Shown here one piece after another: positions 59,071 to 64,000 of a stretch of 64,000 nucleotides of DNA. Below the pieces are notes generated by a model. The model saw only the letters and a program-made list of their open reading frames with translations. It had not been told where the DNA came from and made no database searches. The stretch covers positions 2,054,778 to 2,118,777 of the forward strand of contig CAJINV010000010.1 in NCBI GenBank assembly GCA_905178155.1, written 5' to 3'. The translations under genes were made by a program, and so were the position numbers. The DNA comes from Amoebophrya sp. A120. Taxonomy: Eukaryota > Protista > Dinoflagellata. Every line of letters begins with the position of its first letter. The stretch's first letter is position 1.

Positions 59071-59250
59071 CAATAATAGCCGCCTCAGCGGGGGTAGTGA
59101 GGTCATGGCGGTTTTTTTGTCTTCACTTCAAAAAACGACGCGGCTTCCCTTCCCACCATGCCGCCGTGAGTAATGTTATGCACGACGGCACGGCAGTCCC
59201 TGAAAATCTCGATCCAGAGGCGGCCTCCATTTGGTTTTGTGGTTAATCCC

Positions 59251-59902
59251 GGACATAGGCAGGATCATCCCCCCAAGGATCACCCCCCTCAAGATGCAGG
59301 GGGGGTTAGGGGGGCCAGGGGGTGGGCCGGGGGCAGGAAGGTAGGGGGCAACGAGCGAGGCCGGGGGCAGGCAGCCAGGCTACGGGGGGGGACAAGGGCA
59401 GGCGGGCCGGCGGCAGGCAGACCGGGGGCAGGGCGGGGCGGCGTTGGTATTTGCTGGAAGGCCTTCCCAGAGGTTTCCTGGGCCAAGATGTGCTACAGGC
59501 GGGCAGCCACCCGAGGAAGCCCGGGAGCGCCTAGCGCCTCGCCCCCTGAGGCAACAAAGGCGGCACAGTGAGCGAGCCCCCCCGGGCGGGGTCACGGCAA
59601 ACCAACGAAGGGGGAAAGGGGGGGCAAAGAACAGAGAGGGGCGCGAGGGCGGCAAGGCCGGCGGCGCGTGCCTCCGGCCCGGAACAGGAAGGGGCAAAGG
59701 GGAATCGTCTGGGCCAGCCGTCGCGACGGCGCCGTCGCGACGGCTGGCCCAGACGACACCGCCGAAACCCTAAACCCTAAACCCTAGCCCAAACCTAAAC
59801 CCTATGCCCTTGAGGGGGGTGATCTTGGAAACTTGAGGGGGGTGATCTTGGAAACTTGAGGGGGGTGATCTTACCTTGAGGGGGATGATCCGGCCTACGT
59901 CC
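59251..59902. mobile_element. GC-rich TIR element containing a 52-bp palindrome and telomere-like repeats
   Basis: GGACATAGGCAGGATCATCCCCC / GGGGGATGATCCGGCCTACGTCC inverted ends; subterminal CTTGAGGGGGGTGATC repeats. Confidence 0.65.
59765..59804. repeat. Interstitial (CCCTAAA)n / TTTAGGG telomere-like repeats
   Basis: Three perfect AAACCCT units plus degenerate units. Confidence 0.75.
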
Positions 59903-61988
59903 CGAATACTGAACACTATAAACCACCAGAATGCAACGCAAATGTAGCAGAGTACTTATGTTCTTATTACAATTGGAAACTACCAGCCTGGCATGCAAAT
60001 TGTATGACTCAAGGCATGTGGAGTACATTGCGCCCATGGGAATTCCATTCGTCAACATCTTCATAGAATTTGTAATGCTGTTTACGATTTCATGATTGGA
60101 CTTGTAATGCTATTTATCTCTTTGCGTTCTTGTTTTGTTGTTGCGCTGCGATCTTTATAACATTGAGACTTTATCACTCTGGGTCGAGTGTTGCGCATTT
60201 TATCGTTGGAGCGTGAGCATATGCTGACACCCCCCCTTGCTCGATACTCGACCAGTTTTGGAAACTACAGTAGAAGTAAAAATAGTATAGGTGTTGAAAA
60301 TCCATGATGTTACTTTCTGAAAATCAGTGAAAAAGTTGCGCTCTGAATGCCATAAAAGTCTATACGTAGAATCTTGCTGCTATGCCGTTTATCCCCCCTA
60401 CGTATAGACTTCTGGAATCTATATCGTAGGTGTAAATCGTACAAGTAGTTCTTGTCTTCGATAGAGTATTTTTGAGCTCTAGGCTTGGAAAGTAATGCTT
60501 TTATAAAAATACGTGGTGAGAAATTTTGTCTTTGTTCATCATACATTTTTCTTGTTCATCATACAATTAGCGTTCTCGGGGTAATACAACATCAATAATT
60601 TTTATTTTTTTTAAATCGAAATAAAATCCGAATCGAGATAAAAACAACAATCACACAACATCTCACATTCAAAGCTTCGAGAAAAATAGAAGAATTGCCT
60701 AGCGCGAAATAGTCATAATCTTGCGTGGTCTTTTTGTCATAAAAGTGCTCCTTTTTCATAAATTTTTGGTTGTGCAATTTTTCTTGAAAACCAATGCAGA
60801 GGCCCAGACAGATAGAAATCTTTTTTCTTTTATAATCCGTAGTAAAGTAGCGCGGTAGTAATTTACTTTCGACTTTTGTTTTCTCGAAGAGTTTGACTTT
60901 TAGTCTTCTCCTCCCAAATCTTCTTTCCTCCTCCTTCGAATCCACTTGAAATTTTTCGGATCGGTGTCAAAACCCATCGGAAATTCGAGTCGTCTTGTTT
61001 CGGCATCATTACTGCGCAGCATCAAGTTGTCGAGCGGAAATCGACCTACTACCGGTTGAGATCAGTCTGCCGGGCCCGGGCGAGGATTTTTGCTAATTGG
61101 CGCCTCAATTTTTGCTAAATTTTTTTTTTCGCCCCAGCCGAAAGACGACCCGGCCCAAGGCGCAAAAAAGTGGCGACGCGGGGATGCTACCGATCCGGGG
61201 GGCTGGGGTAGGAGGCCCATCGGGGCCGCCGAGCAATAACATGCAGGCGGGCCGATAGCGGAACGGGCCCCCATTTCCGGCAAACCGGAAACGCCCCGGC
61301 AAAGGGCCCGGCCCGGCCGGGCCGTCCGTCGGGGGGGTCCGCCGGAGTTTCAGGCGCCGCTATTTTTCGTCTTTCTGCTCTCCTTTCCAGGGGTCTAATT
61401 TTTGTCAAGCGTATGGGGAAGGAAATGCTATGGAAAAAGTTAGCCTGCTAGTTAGCGCCGATTTTATCAAAAATCTAGCCCCCCCCCAATCCTCGAACTT
61501 ATCCGCCGCAACCTCCTTCCCGGAGGTGCCGCCGAGCCGCCGGCCCGGCAAAGAAATGGCGCCCGCCGCGCCCGGCGGGATGGCCCCGCCGGCGAAAGAA
61601 CAGAAACGCGGCGGCGGCGGCGGCCGGGGGGAAAGGAAAAAAGAACAAGGGCGCCGCCCCCCGAGCGGCAGGGCCGCGGCGGAAACAATAGCAGCACGCG
61701 CGGCGCTTTTTCAAGATAGCAGCTCTTTAGGTGCTTGATAGCGCCTTTATTCGCCCGGGCCCGGCTGCCTGATTGAGAGGTGTGGAGAATAGGCTTCCCC
61801 GACCAACACGCATGCGAATAGTTTTCATCATTTCAAATCATACAAGTAGCCAAGAATTTGCTTGAAGCTTGTGCATATACTTTGCATCGTCAGAATCATC
61901 AGCAATTTGCTCACTTTTCTTCTTCTTTCAATTTCTTTCTTTCTCCTCTTTTTTCACTTTCTTTACTTTTCTTTTTCTTTCACTTTCT

Positions 61989-64000
61989 TCATTTTTCTTC
62001 CTCCATATTCAGAAACTCAAGAAATTTTCTGAATAGAATCGGAGACAAAATTTTAGTGAGTCCGTCTGCGCGTTGTTCCTCACTTTTTGCATATGATCCC
62101 TTGTGTGTGCCATTCTCGACGTTGAACCTTACGAAACAATGCCTAATGTCAATATGTTTGAGTCTGGAATTGGATTCCAGGGACGTGCTACATTTCAAGC
62201 ATCCCATATTATCCAAATGCAATGGCATGGGTTGCACAATAGTCCAACCTTTCAACATACCAGATTCCATAACTTCTGCAAGGACATTCTTCAAGTACGT
62301 CGAGAGCTTGCACGTTTGCGAAGCTGCATATATTTCGGCTTCAGAAGTACTAGCCGCAGTCCCACTCTGGGTCTCTGCCTTGAAGGCAATTGCACAAGAA
62401 TTCAGGTAAATAAGAATCCCAGACGTACAGAATCTGCCCTGTTCTGTTGCCCAATCAGAATCACTCCAACAGTCTAACACTAGCTGCTTGCTCTGTGTGA
62501 GCTTCTCGTCTTTGCGGTAAACTAGCCATCTACGCTTGCGCAAATAGCGAATAATACGCCTCAGACACTGGATAGAACTTTGAGTCGTTTTCGCTTTGCT
62601 AGCATATTTCAACGCTATCAAGATATCCGGCCTAATGCTGCACAAGTATTGCAGTGAGCCGCATTCATAGAGCCATCTTTGGACCGTAAAGAGTTTGATC
62701 AGGCTCTTCCAGTGGATCTGGAGCAGTTTGCACTGGCGTACTGTACTCCTTTCCATCTTCTCCTCCAAATTTTTCAAGCAATTTTGTAACATAGGCACCC
62801 CCAGACAAGGTAGCGGAGCCATCTACCTTGCTGCGAATGGCTGCAATGCCCAAAACGTCCCAAGTCTGGGCCAACTCATTTTCCTCTGGTGGTTCTTCAA
62901 CCAGCTGCAGTTCTTCTTTCAATTCTAAGTATAGTTTTTGAATTGTTTCCGAATCACCCCAGAAAAAGAAGTTGTCGACAAAAACTGTCAGACAAGCGCC
63001 ATCTTTGTGAAAAGCTGTTCGGTCGTTGTAGAACGGCTTCCAACCTTTTTCCAGCAAAATTCTATTCCGATGTAGTGCCCATCCTATACTGGAACGTCGC
63101 AACCCATTCATGCACTTTTGAATTTTACCCACTTGATACCCCAAAAGATTCGATAAGCGAGAATCCAATTGGATCAAAGGCATTTCGTCACCATCCAAAA
63201 GCGGATGGCCAGCTTGCAAAAATGCTGAAGTTGCATCTGCAGAAAATAACTCAACAGTTGGCACATTGGCAAGCAAAGCCAGAAACATCCTAATGATTTG
63301 CATATCGGTAACCCCCACATAGCGCGCGATCCCGTTGTCGGGTGCTAAAAACCCTAAGCAAACCAAACGCGCTTCAAACCTTCCGCATCTTTTCACGCTC
63401 AGAATCAATTTGCACGGGATAAGCTTCTTGTTGGCTTTCTGGTACTCAGAAATTTCTTGGTCCGTAGCCTGTACAAAAACTCCTTTGCGTGCTTTCAATT
63501 CTTTCGCGATAGCTTCCGCCATTTTTGGGTCTTTTTGCTGTTCGGGAGTAAGATTGAAACAAAAATCTTCACTCTCAGCGTCGTGCTCAAAAATCAAATT
63601 TGCCACAAATGCACAGAAGTCCACGATCTGAAACGATTTGTCGTCCTTGTATTGGTCGCGCAAAGCGCTTGCCACTTTTTCAATTTGCTGCTCTTCCAAC
63701 GATCTCAACCGAGTACCCACTCTGTTGCCAGTGGTCCTCTGGTGTGCTTTGATTTGCTTTCTCAGAAGTGCCTGCGTAAGTTCCTTGATTGCTTCTTTTC
63801 GCTTCCCATATGGAATTTTTGTTCCCGGGGAGCCAGGCGATTGTGGCAAAATTTCTGGACAGTCTTCCTTCATTTCACGATAAAGCTCATTGGTGTAGTT
63901 TTTCGTGACTCTAAATCCTTTGTTGGAAATATTAGCACGCTCCATCTGATCCTCGAGGAGAGGAGTGATGGCGTCGCCAGCTGTTCGACTTTCTTCTACA
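61989..64000 (-). mobile_element. Ty1/copia LTR retrotransposon pol (RT + RNase H), frameshifted
   Basis: RFEARLVCLGF, ADATSAFLQ, FVDN (YVDD-like); RNase H WSDSDWA, STSEAEIYAA, KHIDIRH, ADGLTK; frameshift near 62680; candidate PPT + LTR start AAGGGGGGG|TGTCAG on the minus strand near 60229. Confidence 0.9.

Noticed and set aside
1-64000. Autonomous transposase for the introners; tRNA or rRNA genes
   Set aside because: No ORF with a recognisable DDE or tyrosine-recombinase signature, and no RNA gene pattern seen by eye

Overview
Eukaryotic genomic DNA whose architecture matches the parasitic dinoflagellate Amoebophrya (Syndiniales); this taxonomy is inferred, not searched. All recognisable genes are on the minus strand: an ABCC/MRP transporter (3' end outside the window), a roughly 3,700-aa low-complexity protein, a leukotriene A4 hydrolase/M1 aminopeptidase, a Cfr/RlmN-family radical-SAM homologue that has lost its Fe-S and catalytic cysteines, an uncharacterised Cys-rich membrane protein, a small hypothetical protein and a Rab escort protein/GDI-family gene (5' part missing). 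A frameshifted Ty1/copia pol closes the window. The dominant feature is about 60 short (120-330 bp) non-coding elements from about 12 sequence families (my labels A-L). They have TAT...ATA terminal inverted repeats, 5-bp target-site duplications (TSDs) and a shared internal TTGTNATGC motif. Most sit inside coding sequence without GT-AG ends, and deleting the element plus one TSD copy restored the reading frame at nearly every junction I translated, so they behave as MITE-derived non-canonical introns (introners). The window shows insertion in either orientation, micro-exons down to 11 nt, filled/empty paralogous sites, an apparent precise loss, a duplication breakpoint at an element, and a convergent C just after the element's 3' end in transcript orientation. 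All coordinates were read by eye, and splice points inside the TSDs are ambiguous without RNA data.
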